DNA of 61,108 bases, counting the filler, from Dugesia japonica (taxonomy: Eukaryota): assembly GCA_001938525.1 (NCBI GenBank). It is 5 parts of 5 records of this genome, joined end to end, with 100 filler letters (N's around TTAATTAATTAA, not from the genome) between each part and the next. Parts side by side here need not be neighbours in the genome. Positions count along the whole stretch, not along the records: positions 16,813 to 27,919 come from MQRL01637862.1; positions 28,020 to 39,232 come from MQRL01445987.1; 3 more parts are not named here. One strand, 5' to 3'. Position 1 is the first letter of the stretch; the number at the start of each line of letters is the position of its first letter. Shown one piece after another: positions 24,950 through 36,129 of this stretch. The notes below the pieces were generated by a model. The model did no database searches and was not told the DNA's origin. It worked only from the letters and a program-made list of their open reading frames with translations. A program made the translations under genes and the position numbers.

Positions 24950-25266
24950 TGCCACAAATTCGTCTCCCCACAAGTCTTCGTAGGTGTCATCGTTTAATAC
25001 AGAAACTCTTACTAGAAAGACATATAAAACGTCGAAACGAGAGGGCCTTACTACGACATTTGACCCAGAGAAACCGCCTGATTAAAAAACTAAACCTCGT
25101 CGTCAAGAAACATGGCGATCTAGCTGAGAAAACAAAGCAGATATTGCAACACAAAATCCATTTCTTGCAAAGCTATATATTGGACTTATCTAGTCAATTA
25201 GAAAACGAGACGTGGATTCGTTTGGACGACAACGATGATGATGCCGCGTTTAATTTTTTTACCTGA
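24950..25266 (+). CDS. Cassette 4: ~105-aa basic coiled-coil protein with acidic tail, terminal exon starting TG
   Basis: TTATTTTATTTTGTAG acceptor ends at 24949; frame is open from TG-CCA; AATAAA at 25323. Confidence 0.55.
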
Positions 25267-26687
25267 AGAGCCTACCCAGTGGTTAGACCCGGGTGCTCTC
25301 GACTATATGTAATTTCAAATCAAATAAATTTTAGTTTTAATGAATTGTTATTTTAAGTGACGAATAACTGTAAAGGGAAAACATTGAACCCGAACCAAAG
25401 GTATAAGTGTGGATACCTCAAAAAAATGTTGGAGGTAAACCCCTCTATACCAAAATCTAAATAGGGACTTTAGATTAAATTCTTGAAAGGGTCACCTGAG
25501 GACTGTCTTTTCCCCAGCCACATTTTTCTAACTCAAACTCAGGTAGGACCCCAACACTAGAATAAACAAACAGCTTTTTCAGTAAAATTTTATTTTTATA
25601 TTTCAATTTTTATAAAGTTCTATTTTAATGTATAATATTTAAAATATTTTACTTTAATATTTATTTCGTCCGTGAAAAATTGTCCTAGAATCATTTTGTT
25701 TATTAAAATTTACTGATAAAATTTTTTTTCGGTTTTAATATTAAAAATAATCATTTAAAATAATTATAACTTGCAATTGAAAAGAAATAATAAAATAATT
25801 TTCCGGGGGATATTGTCCAGGGGAAAATTGTCCTAGAACCAGTTATTTTATTGCAAATTTCGAATTTTCTTCGCAACAAACCTGGAAATTTTCTTGACAC
25901 AGTTTGGACATCACTAATTTAGTTAAATTGTAATTAAACTAAGGAAATTAAAGTATAAACTATATGTTTCTAAAGTATGATCCTCAAAACTTAAAGTATT
26001 CGAATTTTTATTATATAGAAAGTTCTTAAATCCTTTAACTCTAGTTGCTTCTTTTATTTGGAAAATATGTATAAATACCACAATTATAAATACTATAATG
26101 GTATTTGTACAATGCTAAGCAGTTTAGCTTCAATAAGTTGTTTGCTGAGAACGTAAAAATATTTACTGTAAAATTAAACTTGACTTCGAAATAAAAAAAA
26201 GAAATATTAATGAAGTAAATAAATAAAATAAATAAAATAAATTTTTCTTAAATTTTTAATGTTTTTCCTTGAAGAATTTCTGCTATAAATTTAGTAGTTT
26301 CAATAATGTTTACTTGTGCAATAAAAGGATTTACAAAAATTGTAACCACAGGTTTAATAATAGTAAATCGCTTAAAACTACTTTCAAACGGTTCCAAAAG
26401 ATTTTTAAGATGAAGGATAAATAATATTTTCTTTAATTTGAAAATTTAATTGTTTTCATTATTTCAACACTTTCTCGCGGGACAAGGTTGATAATCCCTT
26501 GGTTAGAGTATATAAAATAAAAAATGTTTGTTGAAGTGTACAATAAATAAATCCAATAAATTTCTAGTAAAACCCAAAATCGTTTTTAAGAAATTATTTA
26601 ATTTTAATTTATTCAGATGGAATTTTAAAATATCGTTACTAGAAATGAAAATTAGATCCAGTTTGATAACGTTAACAGGAAATGACA

Positions 26688-26844
26688 ATGCGAGAATAAT
26701 TGTTGCACGTAACCATTAATCGTTTTTCAGAATTCATTTAAAATAAAAGCTTCGATCAAAATTTTGTTTTTTTTGTTTTTGATAATTAAATTATCAAAAA
26801 TAAAAAAAACAAATTTAGATCGAATCTTTAATTTTAATGAATTC
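26688..26844. repeat. Penelope pseudo-LTR fragment forming an imperfect palindrome
   Basis: 26730-26844 is self-complementary; the sequence matches 48672-48725, 50350-50580 and 39180-39232. Confidence 0.75.
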
Positions 26845-26924
26845 TTAATTATTTATGTTATAACTAGAAATTAGTAATAGTCAACTTTTATTAATAATTA
26901 TTAAAATTTATTAATTACAGAATT

Positions 26925-27075
26925 ATTCTCTATTTCTTTCTCTCTCTCTCTCATTCTTTTCTCTTCTTTCTTTTATCCTCTTTCCTTCTCCCCTTTTCTC
27001 TTTTTCCCTCTTTCTATTCTTTTCCGTCTCTCCTTCTCCTATTTTCTCTTTGTCTATTTCTTCTTCTCTTCTTTC
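26925..27075 (+). repeat. CT-rich low-complexity tract
   Basis: About 150 nt of almost pure pyrimidines. Confidence 0.9.
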
Positions 27076-27919
27076 AGTTTAAGTTTAACAAACATAACAA
27101 TCATTCCAATATCCCGCAATATCTATACAAATTTGTTTTAATTAATTATGTTTATTTTAATTTAGAATATGAATACTTTTAATAAAAACCAAGTAAACTA
27201 TGTTTGAAAAAAACTATATTATATCTCATTTAAATGGTTTTATGAAAATAATATGATAAATTTATATGCTTTTATAGCAACAATATAGAAAATNAAATAA
27301 TTATGAAAATAGGTCAATTTATTATCAATGTAAAAGTTAATTTAATGGTTTCTTTTGATTTAACCACTTGGCCTGTAGTAATGTGCTATGTACGTCCGCT
27401 GTTATATGTTCCAAATTTTGATACGGCGTGTAGAGTAAGTAGCTATTTTTAGTAAGTTCATTTTACAAACTCCAGTTAGAAAACCTATTCTACTACAAAA
27501 TTTATATAAAAAATATTTCAAATGTTTTCTCACTGAAAATAGCGTTGGATGTTTTTTGCCACGAAAAAATGACAATTTTTTGCGATGCTAGGTGGTTAAT
27601 GGTAATTATTTTATAAATTAAATTTTACAATTTAAGTTTTAAAACTATTTAATTATTTGATTTAAGTTAGGTTTTATAATAATTTAATAAAAATTTATTT
27701 ATATATATCCATCAATTATAATTCATTGATAATGATTTTATTTAATGATATAACATGTTTTTAATATTTACTAGATATCGATGAAACTTTTCAAATATTG
27801 ACTAAACATCTATGAAATTTATCAAAAATTATAATTCATATGCAAAATGAGTGCAATATAAAACATATGTACGTAACAGAACAAAGAAATGCATGAAATG
27901 TAGTAGTAGAATAGGTAAA

Positions 27920-28019
27920 NNNNNNNNNNNNNNNNNNNNNNNNNNNNNNNNNNNNNNNNNNNNTTAATTAATTAANNNNNNNNNNNNNNNNNNNNNNNNN
28001 NNNNNNNNNNNNNNNNNNN
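27920..28019. other. Artificial scaffold linker
   Basis: N44-TTAATTAATTAA-N44. Confidence 0.97.
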
Positions 28020-28340
28020 CTTTATCTTATATATGTTCACCCTTCTGTATTTCTTCCGTTCCTCGTCTGATTTTGGGTGTTCCAGCCCAACACATGTAAA
28101 ATATAATAAAACATCGAAACTCAACCATAATCCAAGAGTTATATTTAAAACACAAGCACCTTTGGGCATCCAATTACAGAAACAAAGACAAAACTTTTGT
28201 GGTCCCAAATGCATTTGTGATGGTAGAAATATATGCAATAAGAAAAATGATACTAATAAAATAAGATGGGCTTTATTTAAGGATACATATATAGGGAAAA
28301 CATGTAGAACCATGGATACAAAATTAAAGAACATCTTAAT
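28020..28340 (+). mobile_element. Penelope-like element GIY-YIG endonuclease fragment
   Basis: CGPKCICDGRNICNKKN...DTYIGKTCR. Confidence 0.65.
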
Positions 28341-28649
28341 TATTATTATTATTGTTATCATTAATAATAAAATAAAATAAAATATAATAACATTAATAAT
28401 AATAACAATAATAATAAATAATATTATTAATAATATATTAAAATAAAATATAATAAAATTATATATTAATAATATAAAATATAATATAATAAAATTATAT
28501 ATTAATTATAATAATTATAACATTTTTGAATAGGCTATTTTGTCTTGGGCTATTTTGGTGGGGTGCCACTAATTGTACATCTCAAATTTAATAAAAATCC
28601 AAAGGGAGTAGTTCGCGGACTTCACTTTATTATTAATGAACAAAATTTC

Positions 28650-28964
28650 TTATTCAACAAAATCAAAATTATAAATTATTATTTTTCTTAATAACTTACT
28701 TTGAATTCTAAAAACAAATGGTTTAGAAAAGTTAATACGTTTATCAAAACTATAAAATGTTTCTATGAAACAATTACAGGAATAACTACCGGCATTTAAA
28801 ATATACTCAAATCTAAGTGACTGTGAGTCGACAAGAATAATATTTTCCAAAAAATTGATATTTTCTTGAAATATATTTTTGTCATATTTATCTTGATTTG
28901 ATAAAATAGTTATTGAGGCACCATTCCTCATTTTACATAACCATTTAAAAATAAATATCCTGTC
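28650..28964 (-). CDS. Possible host exon, unknown protein
   Basis: About 104 open codons in very AT-rich DNA; 5' end in gap; no motif recognised. Confidence 0.3.
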   Translation of the reverse strand, partial: DRIFIFKWLCKMRNGASITILSNQDKYDKNIFQENINFLENIILVDSQSLRFEYILNAGSYSCNCFIETFYSFDKRINFSKPFVFRIQSKLLRKIIIYNFDFVE

Positions 28965-29909
28965 NNNNNNNNNNNNNNNNNNNNNNNNNNNNNNNNNNNN
29001 NNNNNNNNNNNNNNNNNNNNNNNNNNNNNNNNNNNNNNNNNNNNNNNNNNNNNNNNNNNNNNNNNNNNNNNNNNNNNNNNNNNNNNNNNNNNNNNNNNNN
29101 NNNNNNNNNNNNATTAATGAATTGGAATAAAACTGTAAATAAAAGTAAAATTTCATTTATTAATACTAAATTAAAAAAAAGTAAATAAATATTATAAAAA
29201 TAATAAACTGTTAAAACTATGAGATTAAAATGATTAAAAAAAAATTTAATTTTTAAAGAATTAATGGAAAACTATATCAAAATTTAATTATATTTTATTA
29301 GGGTATATCAAAAATAAATGGTGAAAATTATAAAAGAATTATAACCCTAATAGATATGTGAAAATAATACAGAAATTTAAAATATAAATTCTAAATATAA
29401 AAGTCAATGTTACAGAGTTATTCTGAAATATAAAGTTTTCAATTCGAAAATATTTTATATTTATTGTAACAAAATCAATTTATTGAATTTATTTTATTTT
29501 TCCTATATAAAGTGATTATATTCGCAGTGGTAGTTTAAATAAATTATGTTTGATTGTTTGTGTATCTCTATTTGTTTGTCTGAGTCCCATATTTTTATGT
29601 CATTAATTTTTCCCCAGACTGCTTGCGTCCAACAGAACATCTACTTTTTAATAACATTTCATTAAGTTTACTTTAATTTTTATTGTTAATCCTAACATAA
29701 ATAAAATAGAAATCGAAAGAAAAAAAAGAACAACCACCTCAAAAGATATTATTAGCTTATTCACCAAACAAATTCAATTTGGAAAATCAAATAAAGAAAT
29801 TTCATAAATAATAAATATTTCATATAACACGGTTCTCATCGTAGGAAATCAAATAACCGCCGGTGAAAAGAAGAAAGAGAAAAAGAGCAATGTGAATAAT
29901 GTGAATATC

Positions 29910-30150
29910 CAAATAAATTGACTCTTATTTAATCCTTTCAATTGAAGAAAAGTCACTAATTTAACAATTACGTTTGTAACATGATCGAGTTTAGAAATAT
30001 TTTTGCATAATGCAGTGTGTGTATAATGTTATGATTCGGTTCAATTCATTTAATGAAACCGATATGTTTTCCAATAATATTTGATGATCCATCTGTTGTT
30101 AAATTCACCAATATTTTCCAGTCAATATTGTATTCCATATGTACAAATAT
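29910..30150 (-). mobile_element. hAT (GTF2IRD2/SPIN-like) transposase fragment
   Basis: WKILVNLTTDGSSNIIGKHIGFI then, after a frameshift, KLDHVTNVIVKLVTFLQLKGLNKSQF. Confidence 0.7.
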
Positions 30151-30869
30151 ACAATTGTATACTGATAATTATTGTATTATACATTTCTTTTGTAATATTC
30201 CATATTTTCATCTCTTCCATCTTTATCAGTATCTTCTTTATTATTATCTTGAATCCAACCGGCAGATTTTTCAAATTCTCTTTTATATGTTTGCTTTGTT
30301 AGTACAAAACTTAACATTGTAGATATTGTTCCTGGAGTATTAATACATTCTAAATCTATTGATCCTAATTTTAATTTCATTGATTTGAATAAACTTAGAA
30401 AGAACTAGATTTCTAAGGCTACTTCATCTAAATTTGATAAGTCTATTAATATTCTATAATATAATTGTGCATTACAAAAATTTATAGTGTATTTGATGAT
30501 TGTAACGATTAAAAAACAATACCCTAGGTTTTCATTAAATTAGAAATTATTCTTGATTATAGTGATATTTTAAGAAAATTATTCTTAATTATTGAATGAC
30601 TAAGATCTATTTTATTATCAAGATCTAATTTTCACATCGCTCTTTTTTAATATATTATACTTTTCTATTGATTTTTTAAAATTTTTAAATTAATAATTTT
30701 ATTTTGTTTTTTTAAAACTCACTTTAGTTAGTTATTTCTTCGTGTTTTTAACGTTTACAGGGTAGAGGCTTTGTTTGTGTTTAATTGTACCTATTGTTTA
30801 CAATTAATAATAAGAATAAGAAAAAAATTACTAATAACAATAATAGTTTAAGATAATTAAAAATGCATT

Positions 30870-31175
30870 TTAAATATGTATCATCAATACCATGGAATGC
30901 TAAGCTGATAAATTTTGAAACACTCATATTAGTCTGTGACAATACAAATTTAACAAAGATTTGAAAAAATCCATTTTTACCATTAATACTGTTATCAATC
31001 TTTAAAATATATATAGGTACTGATTGGTTTTCATAAAGAAATTTCTCAAAATTATTTACCGAAGTCCAAGTAACATTTAAAATGGTTAATTCATCAGGAA
31101 ATCCTATTTCTATATACATATAAATAGGATCTTTAAATCTTTGAATTTTATAATTCGAAGCTGAATATTTGTAAC
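30870..31175 (-). CDS. Possible host exon, extracellular beta-rich domain
   Basis: ATTTTTAG acceptor at about 31176; about 100 open codons with three N-glycosylation sequons (NVT, NQS, NMS). Confidence 0.35.
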
Positions 31176-32289
31176 CTAAAAATTATTGTAATCGTTATGA
31201 TTGGATAAATATGTATATTATAAACACTAAAATGAAGTATTTGAATTATCAACAGCAATCATTAAAAGTTAAAGAAAATACAATATAAAAAACGAAAAAA
31301 CTAAAACAGACCTTTAACTCAGTTTCAGCTTCAAATTAACTTTTAAGCCTACTTGTAAATTAATGAAATTAAATCAAATTGTTCTTATATAATTGTAAAG
31401 TCCTTTATATGTTAACTGTTTTTCACTTTTAACCAGTTTTTGACCAATTTTTGGAATAATTCCGCATTTTTCGATTCCCATGGTTTACCATTATTTACCC
31501 CTAATTAGCCATATTTAGCTATATTCTGCTTATTTTCTACTATTTTCTATTATTTACCTTTATTTAGCTACATTTCTCTATATTTTCTATTTGGTTTTAA
31601 TGCATATTTTCACGTCATATTTTCATAGACCTAACTTCATTTATCTTTAAAGAGTGACATTAGATGTAAAAGAATACAATAAGACTTAGTGATAGTGAGT
31701 AAAATTTGATATGGCACGCTTCTTAATTAAAATAGTATAAATATTTCAGTGTATTTTCATAATGTGATTATCCTTCTGCATATTCCTTTGCTCTTAGGTT
31801 CCCTTCTTGCTCATTGGCAACCCTGCTTGGTATTTGGTTTTAGGGATTTCTTTTACTTTTTGATATCCAATATTCAACTAGGAAATAAGAGTTTGACATA
31901 AAAAATACGGATCTCATCATTAGAAATACTTGATTCATCACTAAAACTACTTGACCTTAACATTGAAAATATATGTTTATCAAGAAAATATTGGTTTTAA
32001 CAAGAAAATAAGTCTTTTAAAGCTGATGCATTCAATAAACCAATTGTTGTAAGTATACCCACTACTATATTATAACTACTATATTTTTCATTTAGACCAA
32101 TACATCGACAAGCAAACAAGTATTCAATCATTTCTTATCCAAACTACGTTTCAAGTTATACTTTAGTATGTTTCTTTGCTTTAGGTTAGCGAAATGATAA
32201 ATAAAAAACAAGAGGAAGAAGGATCAAGTGAGAAAGGATAAGTGCGAGATGTCAAGAATAAGAGATAATAAGAGACACTATAAATAGTA

Positions 32290-32590
32290 AAAATGAAATA
32301 CTTTTCTGACATTACTAAAAAATGACACAACCTTTTAAAACATTGTTGAAAAATGACAGGAACATTTTTATCATCACTGAAAAATGACACAAAATTTTCC
32401 AACACTGTTCAAAAGTGACACAAACTTTTTAATTTTCAAAGTTCCTGTGTAAAATAATGGGAAAATAAATCTAAAATTTACCAGAACGTTTTTTAGTTCA
32501 TTGAAAAATAACAAAAATTTTACTAAAAGTTGTTAAAACTTATTATAACTTTTCTAGAACTGGTTAAAATTGCCAAAATCATTTCTGTAA
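32290..32590 (+). repeat. Degenerate ~31-bp tandem repeat
   Basis: Recurrent AAAATGACACAAAATTTT motif. Confidence 0.6.
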
Positions 32591-32636
32591 TAGTGATTCT
32601 AATATTGTCAAGATGTATGTCCTGATAATTCATTCA

Positions 32637-34850
32637 TGTAAGAATGATTCATAGATTTTAATATCTGAGATATGTTTTCAAAATATTTTATGAATTCATT
32701 ATGCAAAGTAAAATATTTCGTAAAAAATAAAATCGATATTTTTAAAATATTTGATTGATTTCTCAGATTATTTGCTTGATTCCTATATATGAATTACTCT
32801 TCATCATTATATTATTTTAATCAAAAACACTTGAATTAATAAATACAAATTTATGGAGAGTTGTTAGGTTTTGAAATTAATTAATATGGCGACTAACACA
32901 CTTGTTGAATGAAGTATCCCAAAAAATTGCAGTATTACTAATTATATTAAAAGTAGTATAAATAATGATATAAATTAAAGAAAGGAGTAGATGAGTACAA
33001 TGATGTAAAAGAAAAAGTTAACAAGTTTGTTAAGAAATAATTGTTTAGAGGCCAACCAGAGATAATCAATGATATAAATGAAGAAAACGAAAGTGGAATT
33101 CTGACGATAAAAGAGATAAAGCGACAAGATTTAAATTATGACAAGATACAAGGTAGACCAAATATAACGGTTGAAATACAAAACGTAAAAGTTGATTGCT
33201 TGTTAGACACTGGAGCAAGAGTTAATGTTATGAGTTGAGAATTTTAGAAAGATTAGGAAAAGTCAATATATTAAAAAGTAAAGATAGTTTAAGATGTGCC
33301 AATAATAGTCCACTCGAAATAGTAGATACGATAAAGGCAGAAGTGGAAATTTTGAATGAAAGCGAAACAGTTAAGTTCGCTGTGGTGAAACACATACATC
33401 CAGATCTAATAGGGTGAATAGAATTACAGAAACAGTTTAGATTCCAACTGCTGAAAGAGACTAAATGTGATAACAACGAAATTTATCTTTATAATATGAA
33501 AGCAAATTATGAACGCAGTACAACAAATAAAGAGAGAGTACAGATAGCAATAAAAATATTGATTAACAAGCTAAACGAGAATTTGAAGAAAGTTATAATG
33601 ATTTATAAAGTAATATTCATAGCAGACAACTTAGATATTGGCAGAACATCAAATAATCACATATGGAGAACCAATAAATACGAAACTATGGAGACAACCA
33701 ATGTATATAGAGAACAAGATAGATGAAGCTATCATGAATTTGTTTGACAATAACATTATTAGAAAGTGTAATTTGCAATGGAACTTTCCGTTAATATGTG
33801 TTTTGAAAAAAGAAAGAAAAGACGATAAATTATGATTAGATTTTAGAAAATTGAATGCAATCACAGAAAGACAGGCATTTCCGATGCCAAATGTAGAGGA
33901 AATACCAGACAATTTGAGTGGCGCAAGATATTTTAGTACTATTGATTTTGGTAATGAATATTATCAAGTTCCGTTGCATAAAGATTAACAAAAGAAAGCA
34001 GCATTTTCGACGAAAAATGGACAGTATTGTTTCACAAGAATGCCTTTTAGTATATCTGCAGCATCTGGAAAGTTTCAAGAATTAATGACAAAAGTATTCA
34101 GAAAATTGAGAGGAACAATGGTATACATAGATGATATATTGATACTTTCAGAAAAATGTCATTTATTGTGAGCAGAAGTCAAATTTTAGGACATGACATA
34201 GACAAGAATGGAATTCGAAGAAGCTTTTGGGGAACATGAAATTACTATAGACGGTTTATCAATAATTACTTGAAGAAAGCAAGAAGCTTGGGAGAGCTAT
34301 GTAAAAGTAATAATACAAATCTTGTGTTGTCGCAAATTTGTGATAAAGCTTTCAATGAGATGAAAGAGGCATTAATTAAAAAGAATAAAAATTGGACAGA
34401 GTTAATAACAGAGATTGAATATACACTAAATGCAACAATCCATAGGATTTTGAGCATAAGTCCAGCAGAAGTGATATTCGGTAAGAAAATGCATAGAGAA
34501 AGATGGTTCAATAATGGAGAATCCGGAGAGTTGAAATCAACAAAGAGACATTTTCAAGGTAGAAAACAGATCAAAAGACAAAGAAAGAAATACAGGTCTA
34601 TACGAGGTGATAAAACAGATTCATGAAAGACGATACCTGCTGAAGAACTCAGAAGGTAAGATTTTTGAAAGAAATGTGGAAAAGATTTTAAAAATATTTA
34701 AAGATGAGGGATATAAGAATCATTTATATATTTAAATATCTAAGATGTTTTTTTGAAATATTTTATGAAATCATTATGTAAATCTTAAGTTAAATATTTC
34801 GTAAAAAAATCAAATCGATATTTATCAAGTATTTTATGAAATTATTATGT
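32637..34850 (+). mobile_element. Ty3/Gypsy LTR retrotransposon, internally deleted, both LTR starts present
   Basis: 5' LTR from TGTAAGAAT 32637; PBS-like TGGCGAC 32887; protease LLDTGA; RT DFRKLN..YIDD; IN tail; PPT AAGATGAGGGA; 3' LTR copy from 34712. Confidence 0.9.
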
Positions 34851-36129
34851 ACATTTTATTATTTGTTCAATAAATTATTTTAGTTATTTTCAATAAATAT
34901 TTAAATTATTTCAAATTATCTAATGCTTAATAAAAATTTCAATTATTATAAATTAAACTTTGAAATTAACTATTTTTATTAAGGTTAAAGATTGACGATT
35001 TTTAACAATGTTATCTTACCATCAAATTCTCTGTTGAATAGTTACTGTGATGCTTAAATTTGAGTGAAGCTTTTATTTTTTATTAATTGACTCTAATTTA
35101 AAAGTATAGTGTTTACTATTTATTTGAAAGATTTGTCTAAAATCCATGTGTTTTCACGAAAATTCAAGTTATATGTACTTTTGCTGATAATTATTTAAAA
35201 ATTATTAAATCTATCATACTTAATCCATTCAATCAATTATATGGGTTATTTCCAATAAATGTTTAGAAATTATTTCAATTAATTAATTCTTAATAAAGAT
35301 TTTCTATTATGAATTAAACATTAATTAAAAAATACACGTAAAGTCTAATTTGATTTAAAATGATTTCAAAATTTCATCAATACTTAATAAACATTTTCTA
35401 TTATAATTTTAATTGAACCGTAAAATATTTTAAATTTAATCATAAAAAGATTTACATAAAATCTTATTTACTCTCAAAATTATGTTTAAAAAACTTTATT
35501 CATAACATAATTCAATTTACCTACAAAATCATAGTATTAATCAAATTACACATTGAAAATTAATCAATTCACCATACTTGATTTTATCAATCAGTTATAA
35601 GAGATATTTTCAATAAATAATTACAACTTTTTCAAAATTACCAATACTTAATAAAAAGTTCCTATTATAAATTAAACTTTTATTAAATTTTTATGATAAA
35701 AATAGATCTCAAATTAAAATAAACCCAAAATCTAATTTAATTTCAAAATTACAAGTAAAAATATTGAACAGGTTAAATAATTTAAAATTAGTTAAACAGT
35801 AAATTTACCTCTAGTGAAGATAGAATACCATCAAATAGCGAAAGAAAACCAGCTAATGATAGAGACAACCTTCAAATAGTGGGGAAAACCAGTAATTGTG
35901 AGAAAAAACCAGCAATGATCGAGAAAACCAGTAAAGAGTTAAAAAAACCAGTAATGAGTAAATACCAGTTCACAGCAGGCAATCTATTGATGTCTGAGAT
36001 TCAGTGTAAAATGCACCGAATATTGATGTTCGAAATCCAACGCACAGTATGCAGAGCACTGATCACTGAAGACCAGCAAACAGTGAGAAAAACTCATTAT
36101 TCAAAATTACAGAGACATTTTTGATAAAA

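Larger units (their letters stand above)
21136..25556 (+). mobile_element. 4.4-kb TG...CA element with CTAG TSD (giant solo LTR or Ginger-like cargo element)
   Basis: CTAG|TGTTGGGGT...ACCCCAACA|CTAG; imperfect inverted ends of about 35-40 bp; no transposase or RT inside. Confidence 0.82.
20871..25840 (+). mobile_element. Internally deleted MULE/Mutator-like element hosting a 4.4-kb insertion
   Basis: Inverted GGACAAT-repeat termini (20871-20925 vs 25790-25840); transposase C-terminus ...NYLRGIAHNLGF* at 20930-21082. Confidence 0.78.

Noticed and set aside
31850-32180. Possible piggyBac transposase C-terminal relic on the minus strand
   Set aside because: Only faint similarity (ILKYN...D..MIEY...LLNA) across several frames; not supportable without a search
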